Shown here: positions 50,331 to 60,742 of the stretch, piece after piece
How positions within the stretch are numbered: the stretch's first letter is position 1
Layout of the letters: each line of letters begins with the position of its first letter
Assembly: GCA_008690995.1 (NCBI GenBank)
Contig: VRMN01000003.1
Span: 2,108,001-2,172,000 of the forward strand
Direction of reading: 5' to 3'
Origin: Porphyridium purpureum
Lineage: Eukaryota
Length of the DNA stretch: 64,000 bases
Translations under genes and position numbers: made by a program
The notes under the pieces: model-generated
What the model was told of the DNA's origin: nothing
The model's database searches: none
What the model saw: the letters and a program-made list of their open reading frames with translations, nothing else

Positions 50331-52472
50331 CTACGAAGACGCAGAGTGCTGCATCAATGCGTCGAGTGCTTCGCTCACTTTCTCGTCCAGTGCCTCTGGA
50401 GACTCGAGCAAATGCAAAATCTCCGAATTGTCCATCTCCAGCAACATGCCGGTGATCTTGCCCGCAAACTCTTGGTTCTTCTCAAAGACTTGAGGGTACA
50501 GTCTTTCACCCAAGATCGTCTTTTGTTGCTGTGGCGGCGCGTTCGCAAGCATCTCCAAGGTCAGCCCCATGTCCTGCACCATGGCTTGCTGAGACACCTG
50601 CTCATTGTACATAGGCACCGCTCCAGGCACCATACCCGGACCCGCCGCATTTCGCGCTGTCGCTGTATACTTAAATTGGGGCTGATTGCCCGCAGGCCGA
50701 CCGCGCCCGTTGGCTACTGCCTGGTTAACACGCATCCCTTGGTTGGCGTACATGGGGTGGCCTGGACCAGCTGGCCCACCGCCCATGCCCGGTTGCCCAC
50801 CACCCTGCATGCCGCCGCGCTGACGGTTCTGGCGTACGTTTCTGTTCGCACCGGGCACCGGCTGCATTCCGTACATGACCGGCGCGCCGCTCGGCATCAT
50901 GCCACCTCGCATCATCATTTGTGGGCCGCCAGGACCTCCACGCGACATCGCGGCCAGATATTGCTGGTTCAAAAAGGGCGAACCAGCGGCACCAGGCCCC
51001 TGTCGTCCTGCTGCCGCGGCAGCCGCGGCGCCCTGAAGCTCCGGCGGAATGCCTGCTTGCGGATAAAACATGCCCGCGCCGGGCTGGCCAAACATGGGGC
51101 CCCCCGGTACCATGCCCGGCACGCTCAGGCCTATCGCCATCTGCGCCTCGAGCTGTGCACGACGTACATCCTTACGTTGCGCTAGCGCCACGTAAATCGG
51201 TTTCTGCCCAAGAATTCGGCCGTTCAGCTCGGTGACGGCCTTGGTGGCCTCATCTGGCTGCGAAAAGCACACAAAGCCAAACCCGCGCGACGCTCCCTTG
51301 TCATCCAGCATGACCTTGCACGATGTGATGGTGCCATACGGCATGAACTCCTGGCGGAGGCGGTCCTCGGTCACGTCGTCGCTCAGGTTCTTCACAAACA
51401 GATTCACACCCTGGTATTTCTGGATGCGCTCCATCTTTGCCTGCTCGTACTTGGCACGAAGCTCGGTTTCACGCTGCGACTTCTTCTGTGCGCGCCCGAC
51501 GTATAGCACTTTGTCCTCGACCTCCTTGTTATCCATCTCATCCACCGCCTTTGCGGCTGCTTCGGGGCTTTCAAAATTGACGAACGCGAAGCCCTTGGAG
51601 CCGACGGTGCTGCCGCCTTGCTGCTCTGTCGAGTATTCGCTGTCGTCCTCCTCGGCCTGCTTGCCCACTGTTGGTACAAACACGCTCGTAATCTCGCCGT
51701 ACACGCCAAACATCTCACGCAACTTGGCCTCGTTCGCGTGCGACTCGGGCAAGTTCTTGATGAACACGTTTGTGAATACGCTGCGCGATTCCCCGGTGGC
51801 CTCGCGCTCCTTCCTGCTCTTAAAGTGCGTCACGGACACTGGCTTGCCGGCAATGTCCTTCTTATCCACCTCTGCGATGGCGGCGTCCGCGGCCTCAGCC
51901 GTCTCAAAGTGCACGAAGCCGTACCCGCGCGACTCTCCGTGCTCGTCTGTCATGACTTTGCACGACATGATGTTTCCAAAGGACGAAAAGGTATCGTACA
52001 GCGTCTTGTTGTCGATGGACTTGTCGAGGTTCTTCACAAACACGTTGCCCTGCCCCGAGCGGCGCACGTTGGGGTCGCGGTGCTTCCACATGAGGCGCAA
52101 CGGCTTATCCTTTGTCGCTGGGCTGGCGAAAAAGTTCATGGTGTCCAGCGCGCGCTCGGCGTCCACGACGCTGTTAAAGTTGACGTATGCGTAGCCGAGG
52201 GAGCGGCGGGTGACCATATCTCTGCACACGCGAATCGAGGTCACCGGTCCGACGGCAGAGAACACCTCGAACAAGTTTGCCTCGGTGACGTCCGGGTGCA
52301 GGTCTCCCACGTACAGCGACGCGCTGGCAATCGGGTTTGCCGCGCCGGGCGGCACGCCCGCCATCGCCGCTGCGCCCGCGCCCGCCACGCCTCCATTCTG
52401 CAAGTTCATGACCGCCATGCTCTCCTCAATCGTCGCCACATCCCCCGCCTCCCGTGCCTCCGCCATCGCCAT
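50331..52472 (-). CDS. PAB1: Cytoplasmic polyadenylate-binding protein (4 RRM + PABC/MLLE)
   Basis: SLYVGDL, RSLGYAYVNF, RGYGFVHF, KGFAFVNF, RGFGFVCF and KITGMLLE motifs. Confidence 0.97.
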   Translation of the reverse strand: MAMAEAREAGDVATIEESMAVMNLQNGGVAGAGAAAMAGVPPGAANPIASASLYVGDLHPDVTEANLFEVFSAVGPVTSIRVCRDMVTRRSLGYAYVNFNSVVDAERALDTMNFFASPATKDKPLRLMWKHRDPNVRRSGQGNVFVKNLDKSIDNKTLYDTFSSFGNIMSCKVMTDEHGESRGYGFVHFETAEAADAAIAEVDKKDIAGKPVSVTHFKSRKEREATGESRSVFTNVFIKNLPESHANEAKLREMFGVYGEITSVFVPTVGKQAEEDDSEYSTEQQGGSTVGSKGFAFVNFESPEAAAKAVDEMDNKEVEDKVLYVGRAQKKSQRETELRAKYEQAKMERIQKYQGVNLFVKNLSDDVTEDRLRQEFMPYGTITSCKVMLDDKGASRGFGFVCFSQPDEATKAVTELNGRILGQKPIYVALAQRKDVRRAQLEAQMAIGLSVPGMVPGGPMFGQPGAGMFYPQAGIPPELQGAAAAAAAGRQGPGAAGSPFLNQQYLAAMSRGGPGGPQMMMRGGMMPSGAPVMYGMQPVPGANRNVRQNRQRGGMQGGGQPGMGGGPAGPGHPMYANQGMRVNQAVANGRGRPAGNQPQFKYTATARNAAGPGMVPGAVPMYNEQVSQQAMVQDMGLTLEMLANAPPQQQKTILGERLYPQVFEKNQEFAGKITGMLLEMDNSEILHLLESPEALDEKVSEALDALMQHSASS

Positions 52473-53608
52473 CCCCTCTCTCTCTCTCTCTCTATCTATC
52501 GCCCTCCCTCCGTCCCTCCGTGCCTGTCCCTTCCCCTCCTCCCCAACCCCCTCCCAAACCCCCCTACCACCACCACCACCGCACCCTTCCGCCCGCTCCC
52601 CCCCACCATGTACCGGCGGCGTCTCTATAAAAGCGCCGCGCTTTCATACAACAGCACGTGCGCCAAGCCGCGTTTTCCCTCCTCCCCCCCCCACGCCCCC
52701 CACGCACACAACACGCGCGCGCACGTGCGCCGCGCGGCACCGCGAACGCAGAAAAAAAAAAGTTCAGGGGACGAGTGAACGACGCAGGTACAGCGAGGTC
52801 GCTGTACACCCGCGGCACGAACAGGCGTGAGCGAGCACGGCCAGTTGTAGTGAGCGAGCACGGCGCGTCGCGCAAACTGCTGCCGGTCCGGGCCCAGGGT
52901 GGTGCACGCGCGAGCGAGAACGCGCGGATGTCCAAACTCGCGCGGTGCCGATGCAAGCCGCCCAATCGCCACGGCGCCCATTTGCCAGTCCGGTTTCTTT
53001 CATTCATGCGAAGGACGCGTGCATCTTGTTCCAACGGGTGTTCGCCACATTCCGCTTGGCCTCGTCCTGCTCAACCTGCGCATGGCTCTCCAGGGCCTCG
53101 CGCGTTTTCCGCGAGATGGAAGGATCGCCCACGGACAAGTTCTTCTTCGCGCTGGTGGTGTTGACGGTGGCCGCCGGCAAGCCTCGGCACCGAAGAGCCG
53201 CCGCCGCTCGTCTGTGGACCACGGCGCATCGGCACACCGCTGCTGCTCGTCCGTGACCATCCGAGTCGATGCACTGTACCTAGGCGTTCCTATGAACTGA
53301 ACCTGCTTCTGGATGTTTCTGGCTGTACCTCCTCGCTGTACCGCGCTCGAGCTGGCATGTGGCGGTGCCGGCGGTCGCAGCGCGGACGCGTTGGAGTGGC
53401 GCGTGGAGATTGAATGGAGGGGAGAGAGGTGGAGAAGAACGGAGCGACGAGAGGTTATTCGGCTGGAGGGCGAGTGGACACGCGGCAAGCACGCACGGAG
53501 GGACGCGGTCGCGCGCGGGAACTGGTCTGTGGTGCAGATCTGAGAGAGCAAGCCGGGGTTGGCAACAGTGGACGATCACTCGAAGCGGACGACCTCGGCA
53601 ACGAAACC

Positions 53609-54934
53609 ATGTTGGGGTTTGTGGGTGCGGACGCCGCGGTGGTGGGCGCGGGCGCCGGTTCGTTTGTGCGTGGTGTGAGTGGGAGAAGTAGCGCGTGTAG
53701 TAGTAGTGGTGGTAGCAGGACGGACTCGTATGCTCGCGGCCAGTTTCGTGCGCGCGTTAGAAGCGCCGGTTACAGCGGTCGCGCCGCTGCACGCAGGGGC
53801 GCGCAGGTGCGCATGGACGGTAGCGATTATTACGCGCGGCTGGGCGTCAGTCGGAGCGCGACAGACGCAGAGCTCAAAAAGGCGTACAGAAGCCTCGCGC
53901 GTAAATATCACCCGGATGTGAATGACTCACCAGACGCAAAGGAAAAGTTCCAAAGCCTCACAGAGGCGTACGAAGTGCTGTCGGACTCAAGCATGAGGAA
54001 GCGGTACGACCAGTTTGGTGAGGCCGGTGTAAAGGGCGCTGCCGCCGGCGCTGGGCCAGGTGGCGCGGGCTTTGCTGACTTTGGCGACTTTGGACCGTTT
54101 GGAGACGTCTTCGAGTCGTTCTTTGGCGGACAAGGCGGCGCGCGCGCGCGGTCACGAAGGTCGACGGGCCCGCAGCCGGGCGAAGATATGCGTGTTGACG
54201 TGGAAATTCCGTTCGATCTCGCTGCATTCGGCGGGCAGCACTCGATTCGCTTCTCGCGCCTCGAAAACTGCAAGACATGCAAGGGCTCTGGTGCTAAAGA
54301 AGGCTCTTCGCGCACCACCTGTGGGACATGTAGCGGTCAGGGTATGGTGATCCAAGTTACGCGCACCCCGCTGGGCGACTTCCAGTCGACAACCACGTGC
54401 CCGACATGTCGCGGCGAGGGCGATACGGTCAAGGAATTTTGCAGTTCTTGTGGCGGGCGAGGACGTAATCAGGTTTCGAAGCCGCTCAATCTGACCGTGC
54501 CTGCAGGCGTCGACACGGGCTCGCGGCTGCGTATTCGCGGCGAGGGCGATGCTGGCCCGCGCGGCGGGCCAGCTGGCGACCTGTACGTGATGGTACGAGT
54601 CCAACCGCACAAGACCTTTAAACGGCAAGGCATGAACGTATTTTCAGATGTGTCCATCTCATACCTCGACGCGATCTTGGGCGCCGAAATCGAGGTCGAC
54701 ACGCTGGACGGCGACGTGAAGCTCAAGATCGCGCCGGGCACGCAGCCAGACACCCAGTTGAGCATCAGAGGGAAGGGCGTGCCAAAACTGGGGAACAAGG
54801 CGATCCGCGGTGACCATTATGTAACCATCAAGGTGTCTATCCCGACCAGAGTGTCAGCGGAGGAGAAGAAAACGTTGGAGAAACTTAGAGGGAAGGAGAG
54901 CTCGGATGGCGGGTTTTTCAAGTTTGGCAAGTAA
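53609..54934 (+). CDS. dnaJ: Type I DnaJ chaperone, plastid-targeted
   Basis: J domain (HPD), G/F-rich region, four CxxCxGxG repeats and C-terminal domain; MLGFVG transit-peptide-like start at 53609. Confidence 0.95.
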   Translation: MLGFVGADAAVVGAGAGSFVRGVSGRSSACSSSGGSRTDSYARGQFRARVRSAGYSGRAAARRGAQVRMDGSDYYARLGVSRSATDAELKKAYRSLARKYHPDVNDSPDAKEKFQSLTEAYEVLSDSSMRKRYDQFGEAGVKGAAAGAGPGGAGFADFGDFGPFGDVFESFFGGQGGARARSRRSTGPQPGEDMRVDVEIPFDLAAFGGQHSIRFSRLENCKTCKGSGAKEGSSRTTCGTCSGQGMVIQVTRTPLGDFQSTTTCPTCRGEGDTVKEFCSSCGGRGRNQVSKPLNLTVPAGVDTGSRLRIRGEGDAGPRGGPAGDLYVMVRVQPHKTFKRQGMNVFSDVSISYLDAILGAEIEVDTLDGDVKLKIAPGTQPDTQLSIRGKGVPKLGNKAIRGDHYVTIKVSIPTRVSAEEKKTLEKLRGKESSDGGFFKFGK

Positions 54935-55222
54935 ACGAAGTATGCAGTAGAATGGTTGAACCTGTCGCCTAGCTGGAGTGGACAACACACCCGCCTCTTA
55001 TTCAGTTGCGTGACCAAGTCACTTCGGGGGTGAACACAAAAGAAGAAGTCCTCCGAACGGACTTTCATGTCGCCATCCTGCTCCCAGCTGGAAGGTGCAT
55101 CAGAGTGCATGTCAGCAAGAGGGAAGAAAAAGAAATTCCTGGTGATAGAGCAGTGGCGTGCGCTCTGGGTATAAGAAGGCTGTGAGCGACACAGCGGTTC
55201 TGATGAAGCGTGGAGGTCGTGG

Positions 55223-56275
55223 ATGGGAGGGGACATGAACAGCTTTGGGGTGGGCTTTGTCGTGCGGACGGCTTTGGTACCAAGATCAACACTACTGGGA
55301 AGAAGAACGGGCCCACAGGTCAACAAGTGGAGGCAAGAGTTTGCGGCTGTACCTGGGCAAGGTCCGAGCTGTAGTGGGAGTGCACGAGCAAGGACGCTTT
55401 GCTCGATGACGAAGAGTGGTTCTGAGCAGACGGACGACAAGATGGAGAAGGTATGGGTCGCTCCGCGTCGTATTGAGGAGCTGTTTGAAAAATCGGGTGG
55501 TAATGCATGGGGTAAAATTAACGCACCGACCGCAGGAGCGAGAGACCTGCATGACCCGGCGCCGGCACCTGTACCCAACAAGGACCTTGTCCTCTACAGT
55601 TTGGGCACGCCGAACGGGCTCAAAGTCGCGATCGTGCTGGAAGAGCTCGGTTTGGACTACAACTACCACAGAATCGACATTTCGAAGGGCGACCAGTTCA
55701 AGAAATTCTTTGTGGATGTCAATCCAAACTCGAAAATTCCAGCCATGATTGACCGCAACGGGCCGGGCGGTGCGCCCGTGCGCCTCTTCGAGTCGATTGC
55801 GATTGCGATGTACTTGGTCGAAAAGGAGCAGAAATTCTTCTTCGAGAACGACCCCGCGAGCAAGCTGGAGGCGACCAACTGGCTGATTTGGCAAGTGGGC
55901 TCACAAGGCTTTCCCATCGGCAACTTTGGACACTTCTTCGTGTATGCACCGAAAGACGCCGCGGATGCTCGCGACTATGGTGTATCGCGCTACGGAATGG
56001 AAGCGCTTCGATTGTGCGACGTGCTTGAAAAGCATCTTCACGAAGGAAAGAAGACTTACTTGGTCGGCGAAACGTACTCGGTCGCCGACATGATTTGCTT
56101 CCCGTGGGTGTGGCAACTTTTGCAAGGTTCGTACGTGCAACCGGACGGCCTCACAGCCGCTGAATTCCTTGGCATTCGCGAAAAGTTTCCCACGATGTGC
56201 GAGTGGGCAGAGAGGATCGCGACGCGTCCTGCTGTGCAAGCTGCAATTGACCGGGCCTCGAAACCAGATTTGTAG
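55223..56275 (+). CDS. yghU: Nu-class GST / disulfide-bond oxidoreductase, YghU-like, with N-terminal targeting extension
   Basis: INAPTAGAR, LYSLGTPNG, VNPNSKIPA, FESIAI, GNFGHFFVYAP and YSVADM motifs; start 55223 or 55235. Confidence 0.9.
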   Translation: MGGDMNSFGVGFVVRTALVPRSTLLGRRTGPQVNKWRQEFAAVPGQGPSCSGSARARTLCSMTKSGSEQTDDKMEKVWVAPRRIEELFEKSGGNAWGKINAPTAGARDLHDPAPAPVPNKDLVLYSLGTPNGLKVAIVLEELGLDYNYHRIDISKGDQFKKFFVDVNPNSKIPAMIDRNGPGGAPVRLFESIAIAMYLVEKEQKFFFENDPASKLEATNWLIWQVGSQGFPIGNFGHFFVYAPKDAADARDYGVSRYGMEALRLCDVLEKHLHEGKKTYLVGETYSVADMICFPWVWQLLQGSYVQPDGLTAAEFLGIREKFPTMCEWAERIATRPAVQAAIDRASKPDL

Positions 56276-56372
56276 TAACTTTCATAAAAATCGAGTCAAC
56301 CACTTTTCAATTTTGCCGCCGTCGACCGCGTCCGTGACTGCGGCCCGCAACTTGGTTGGACGCGCGAAAACC

Positions 56373-57125
56373 ATGGCTGAGAGTGCTGCAGAAGCTGTGG
56401 GTACGGCGAAAAGTCCGGTGGTGCAACCACCGGGATCGTCGCTGCAGGCGGCTCTGGTGCAGCGCGCGCGCAGCTTTGATGTGCGGAAGCTCGAGCGCAC
56501 ATTTTTCTGCGTGGGCCCAGTTTGCCTGCGCTCAGGCATTGGGCTGGGCATTGGTGTCGGGTGCGGAGCTGGCATTGGGTCCGGCTGGGCGCCCTTTGTC
56601 GTTGGGGCCGCGTCCGACTCAATTGGCGGCGTGTCTGAAGGATTTTCACTGCCGTTTAATGTGATCGGACAGGTGCCTGGCGGCTATCAGCTAGTCAATC
56701 TCGTCAAGCAGGTAATGCGCAAGTTCCCCGGCAGCAAGACAGGCGCCGGCTGCGGCTTTGGTGCCGGCTACGGAATCGGCATTGGTCTCCAGTACGGCAG
56801 CTCTCGCGGTGGTAGCGGAGGCCGCTTCGGCGGTGGAGGCGGAATGATGTCAGGTGCAAATGTGGGTATGGGCCATCAGATGAACCACATGCAAGGCGGA
56901 ATGACGATGCAAGGCCAGAATCAGTATGATTATTCACGACAGAAAGAAGTTCCTATGCCAATGCAGACGCCAGCATCTCGAGATGACAGGCGCCTCCTTG
57001 ACCGCATTGATGCGCTCGAGCGTCGAATGGAAAGTTTGGACGAACGTCTTGCGCTTTCTAATCGTGTGAATGAGCTGGAGCGAAAGCTCATGAGCCTAGA
57101 TGCTGCTGGATCCAAGCGGCGTTAA
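56373..57125 (+). CDS. Gly-rich protein with two GxGCGxGxG blocks and C-terminal coiled coil
   Basis: GIGLGIGVGCGAGIG and GAGCGFGAGYGIGIG blocks; heptad-like tail; first ATG at 56373. Confidence 0.75.
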   Translation: MAESAAEAVGTAKSPVVQPPGSSLQAALVQRARSFDVRKLERTFFCVGPVCLRSGIGLGIGVGCGAGIGSGWAPFVVGAASDSIGGVSEGFSLPFNVIGQVPGGYQLVNLVKQVMRKFPGSKTGAGCGFGAGYGIGIGLQYGSSRGGSGGRFGGGGGMMSGANVGMGHQMNHMQGGMTMQGQNQYDYSRQKEVPMPMQTPASRDDRRLLDRIDALERRMESLDERLALSNRVNELERKLMSLDAAGSKRR

Positions 57126-57819
57126 GTCATGTCATAGTGCGAAAGAAAGGCGCAGTGAGGCTGCTGGCGTTGTTTTGTCTGCACATTTTCTCAGCAGCAT
57201 CCGCGTTTGTCTTTGCGATCAGGCCTGGGACGCGCGACTGTTAGGCCGAATGAATGTGAGCCTCAACTCATGTTTCGAGACTCGCTGCCAACAAGGAGGT
57301 GGATGGCTAATCTCGCCATTTGACTACATGGTGATTCAGAAGAGCGCATGGTAATTCGGTGCAACGACGCAGAGTTGTCTCCATGACCACGGGTTTAAGC
57401 ACGCGCGGTGGCATCGGAGGGCGCTTGGATAGCGCACGAATGAAAAGGTAGCCATGCGCAAGACAGCTTGAGCCAGACACTGCACGGGTCAGTGTCTTCA
57501 TGCATAGATGATATCCGAGACCACAGCCAAGTATATCCGGTTCCGGAGCACGGGGACGTTCACTTCAGCCATGCAAAGAACATAATGTCCCCAAGGCACG
57601 ATTTTTAGCATAAGAATTCGAGCTGACATGGCAGCCGCAGACCGTCCACCAGAATGGCTTATGAGCGAGAAGAAAATGATCCAAAGTCAACCGTCCTTGC
57701 TCCCATATCTTCGCCATGGACACAGAACGCACGGCAAGCAGTTGAACTACCCTTCTCTTTTTCACCTTCGTCCTCTTCTACTCTACCCTCGGCCACTTAA
57801 AGTCAGTGGTCTGTGGCGT

Positions 57820-60579
57820 TCACGGGCTGCTTCCGCCAGACGGCCTTTCTCCAGTGTTTCCGGTGCTGCCAGTCGTCCGTCTTGAAGCTCCGGGCCCGTC
57901 ACGAGAGCGTGGTCCGCCGCCGTTGCTCCTTCGTAGCTCACGTGTCCGAGGTGCGCCCGATGCTGAACCTGCTGCAGGGCTCCTGCTATTCCCATCCGAG
58001 TTCGAGCCCGGTGTGACTTCAGAATCCGAGTCTGGCGGACTGCTTGCGCGGACAATCTCGGCAACCTGTTCGCGCGTCAGGCCCTGGTCCACGATGAGGA
58101 CATTTCTCCGGCTCACTCGAAATTGGTTGTCGTTTCGACCTCTCTCAATCACGACCACGTCAATCTCATCGCCCTCTTTCAGCACGTCCTCAATCTTACT
58201 GGTGCGCCCGATTTCCACCTCAGAGATATGCAGCCATCCTTCCTTTCCAGGTACCAGGCTGACGTACGCACCAAACGGCATCAGTTTCGACACCTTGCCG
58301 GTGAATCTTGTCCCAGGATTGATTTCCATGGTTGCGCCCTGCACTCGCTTTATGGCCATCTCAAGAATCACATCATCAAAGCTCGAGAAGCTCACCATGC
58401 CGTCTTGCTCAATGTTGATGCTAAGCTTCTCTTCACCACCGCACTCCTCGACCAGCGCGCGAATCTTCTTCCCGCCTGGGCCAATGAGCTCTCCGATCTT
58501 TGATGGTGGGATCGCGAGCGTACGGATACGCGGCACAGTCGGCGGCAATTGAGCGCGATGAGACGGGCACGCTGCCTTCATCTGCTCCAGGATATGCAGC
58601 CGGCCTTTCTTGGCCTGCGAGAGCGCCTCCGACATGATCTCCACCGTGATACCTTCGACCTTGATATCCATCTGCAAGCTCGTGATCGCATCGGCGGTCC
58701 CGGCCACTTTAAAGTCCATATCCCCCAATGCGTCTTCTAGGCCCAGAATATCTGTCAACACCGTTACACGCTTGTCCTCGGCGTTCAAAATCAGACCCAT
58801 GGCGATCCCTGCCACGTGTTCCTTGAGAGGCACGCCAGCGTCCATCATGGCCAGGCAACCGCCACATACGGATGCCATCGACGACGAGCCGTTTGATTCA
58901 GTGATATTTGATTCCAGGCGAATGACGTACGGAAACTCGGCCCGTGAGGGCAAGCAAGGAGCCAAGCCGCGCTCGGCCAATTTGCCATGACCTATTTCGC
59001 GCCGGCCGGGTGCGCCCACACGGCCGACCTCGCCCACAGAATACGGCGGGAATGAGTACTGCAGATAGAAGCGTGACGCGCCGTCGCCGAGCAAAGACTC
59101 AAAGCGCTGTGACGCGTCCTCCCCACCCAAGGTAGCAACGGCGAGGGTTTGTGTTTCGCCTCGCGTGAACAGGGACGAGCCATGTGTCTGTGGGAGTGGC
59201 GTCTGCTCGATCCAAATTGGACGTACTGAGAAGCAATCTCGTCCGTCTGGCCGAATACCGGTGGTTTCAATGATGCGGCGCATGCAATCCGACGCAAACT
59301 TCTTCCATGCCACCTTCAGTAACACTGAGCGCATCGCACTTGCCTCTGGGTCCTTGGCAATATCCTCGGCAGTCGGTGCAAGCCCTTCCCAGATGTTCTT
59401 CTTGATAATCTCGACTGCCTTCTCGCGGTCCTTCTTGCCAATCACCATAAACGCCTCGTCAAGCCCGGCGGCCCGCGAGGCCATCTGTTCAATCAAGCCG
59501 TCGGGGATCTGCAGCACACGCGTGGCAACCTTTTCCTTGCCTGCCTTTTGGCGAAGCGCGTCCATGGCGGCACAAATGATCGCAATCGATTCTTGAGCGA
59601 GCACGATAGCCTCGAGGATCTGCTGCTCCGTCAAGAAATGACACGCCCCTTCTATCATTAGCACTGCCGAGTCGGTCCCCGCGACGATAATATCCGAGTC
59701 TGCGCGCGCCATGACATCGACGGTCGGGTTCACTACAAACGTGCCATCGACGTGCACAACACGGACGGCGGCGACGGCCTTCTGCAACGGAATACTTGAA
59801 ATATGCAGCGCCGCCGCCGCGCCACAGATGCCCCACGTGTCCGCCGCATGAATGCCGTCAAAGGAGAACACGGTTGATAACAGCTGCACCTCGTCGTAAT
59901 AGCCGTCCAAGAACATCGGCCTGAGCGGCCGATCAATCAGCCGCGATGTCAGAATTTCGCGCTCTGAGGGTCGACCTTCCCTCTTAATGTACGAACCTGC
60001 AGTCCTCCCGGCGGAAGAAAGCTTTTCCGCGTAATCCACACGAAGGGGTAGAAAATCCTGCACGGTTTCAGCCGGCGCGCTGCACGCCGTGCTGAAAACC
60101 ATCGTACTTCCGTCGCGAACCATGACCGCACCTCCTGCTTGACGGGCAAATTTCCCAGTCTCGAGGGAGATCTTGCGGCCGTGCAACTCAAACTCGACGC
60201 TCTGGGGATGCAGCTCTGGAATTCCGAGCGCAAGATTCGGCGATTCCAGCATCTTCTGTCGCGCGCGGATCGACGCGTCGACTGTGTCGCTGACGACGCC
60301 ATCTTCCGAGTCCTCCTCCTCATCCAGCGAGATGCCTGGCTCATCCTCGTCCGCGCTGACGCGCGCCAATCGGCGTGTCGCAGCACACCTCTTTCGATGG
60401 TGCGGGGTGCTCGCGCGCTGCGCAAAGACGCGTGGAGCGTTTCCCCTACGTGGTGCGCACGCGCAGGCAAGACCGTGATGCGCGGACGCGACGGGCACGA
60501 GCGGCGAGCTCAAGCTCAAGGCGGGGCTGGAGCTGGTCGAACCCGCGGCGCCCCAGCAGAATGCAAGCCACCCAGCCAT
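57820..60579 (-). CDS. PNP: Polyribonucleotide nucleotidyltransferase (PNPase), plastid-targeted
   Basis: DFLPLRVDY, SRLIDRPLRP, FTRGETQ, GRREIGHG, ESNGSSSMAS, GDMDFKVAG, plus KH and S1 domains; transit-peptide-like N-terminus. Confidence 0.96.
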   Translation of the reverse strand: MAGWLAFCWGAAGSTSSSPALSLSSPLVPVASAHHGLACACAPRRGNAPRVFAQRASTPHHRKRCAATRRLARVSADEDEPGISLDEEEDSEDGVVSDTVDASIRARQKMLESPNLALGIPELHPQSVEFELHGRKISLETGKFARQAGGAVMVRDGSTMVFSTACSAPAETVQDFLPLRVDYAEKLSSAGRTAGSYIKREGRPSEREILTSRLIDRPLRPMFLDGYYDEVQLLSTVFSFDGIHAADTWGICGAAAALHISSIPLQKAVAAVRVVHVDGTFVVNPTVDVMARADSDIIVAGTDSAVLMIEGACHFLTEQQILEAIVLAQESIAIICAAMDALRQKAGKEKVATRVLQIPDGLIEQMASRAAGLDEAFMVIGKKDREKAVEIIKKNIWEGLAPTAEDIAKDPEASAMRSVLLKVAWKKFASDCMRRIIETTGIRPDGRDCFSVRPIWIEQTPLPQTHGSSLFTRGETQTLAVATLGGEDASQRFESLLGDGASRFYLQYSFPPYSVGEVGRVGAPGRREIGHGKLAERGLAPCLPSRAEFPYVIRLESNITESNGSSSMASVCGGCLAMMDAGVPLKEHVAGIAMGLILNAEDKRVTVLTDILGLEDALGDMDFKVAGTADAITSLQMDIKVEGITVEIMSEALSQAKKGRLHILEQMKAACPSHRAQLPPTVPRIRTLAIPPSKIGELIGPGGKKIRALVEECGGEEKLSINIEQDGMVSFSSFDDVILEMAIKRVQGATMEINPGTRFTGKVSKLMPFGAYVSLVPGKEGWLHISEVEIGRTSKIEDVLKEGDEIDVVVIERGRNDNQFRVSRRNVLIVDQGLTREQVAEIVRASSPPDSDSEVTPGSNSDGNSRSPAAGSASGAPRTRELRRSNGGGPRSRDGPGASRRTTGSTGNTGERPSGGSSP

Positions 60580-60742
60580 GATTCGAACGCGCCGTTGTCA
60601 CGCGCGCGATCTCTTCGTCCGATCTCCGGCGCGGCATGCGCACCGAAGACACGAGCGGCCTACAGTCGCGCCGAACCCCCGCGCGCATCTCAGCGGCCCA
60701 CTGTACACTACGGCTCTTTACTGATCGTGAAACGCGTGCTTT

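Noticed and set aside
52626..52632. TATAAAA
   Set aside because: Oriented away from nearby PABP and about 1 kb from the DnaJ ATG; cannot be assigned.
51232..52778. 320-aa and 386-aa plus-strand ORFs
   Set aside because: Antisense to the highly biased PABP CDS; no independent motifs.
52960..53240. Short minus ORF with VANTRWN (hAT transposase TRWN-like or kinesin-like)
   Set aside because: Only a few residues of similarity; no terminal repeats or other motifs. It could be a gene relic, but this is unsupported.
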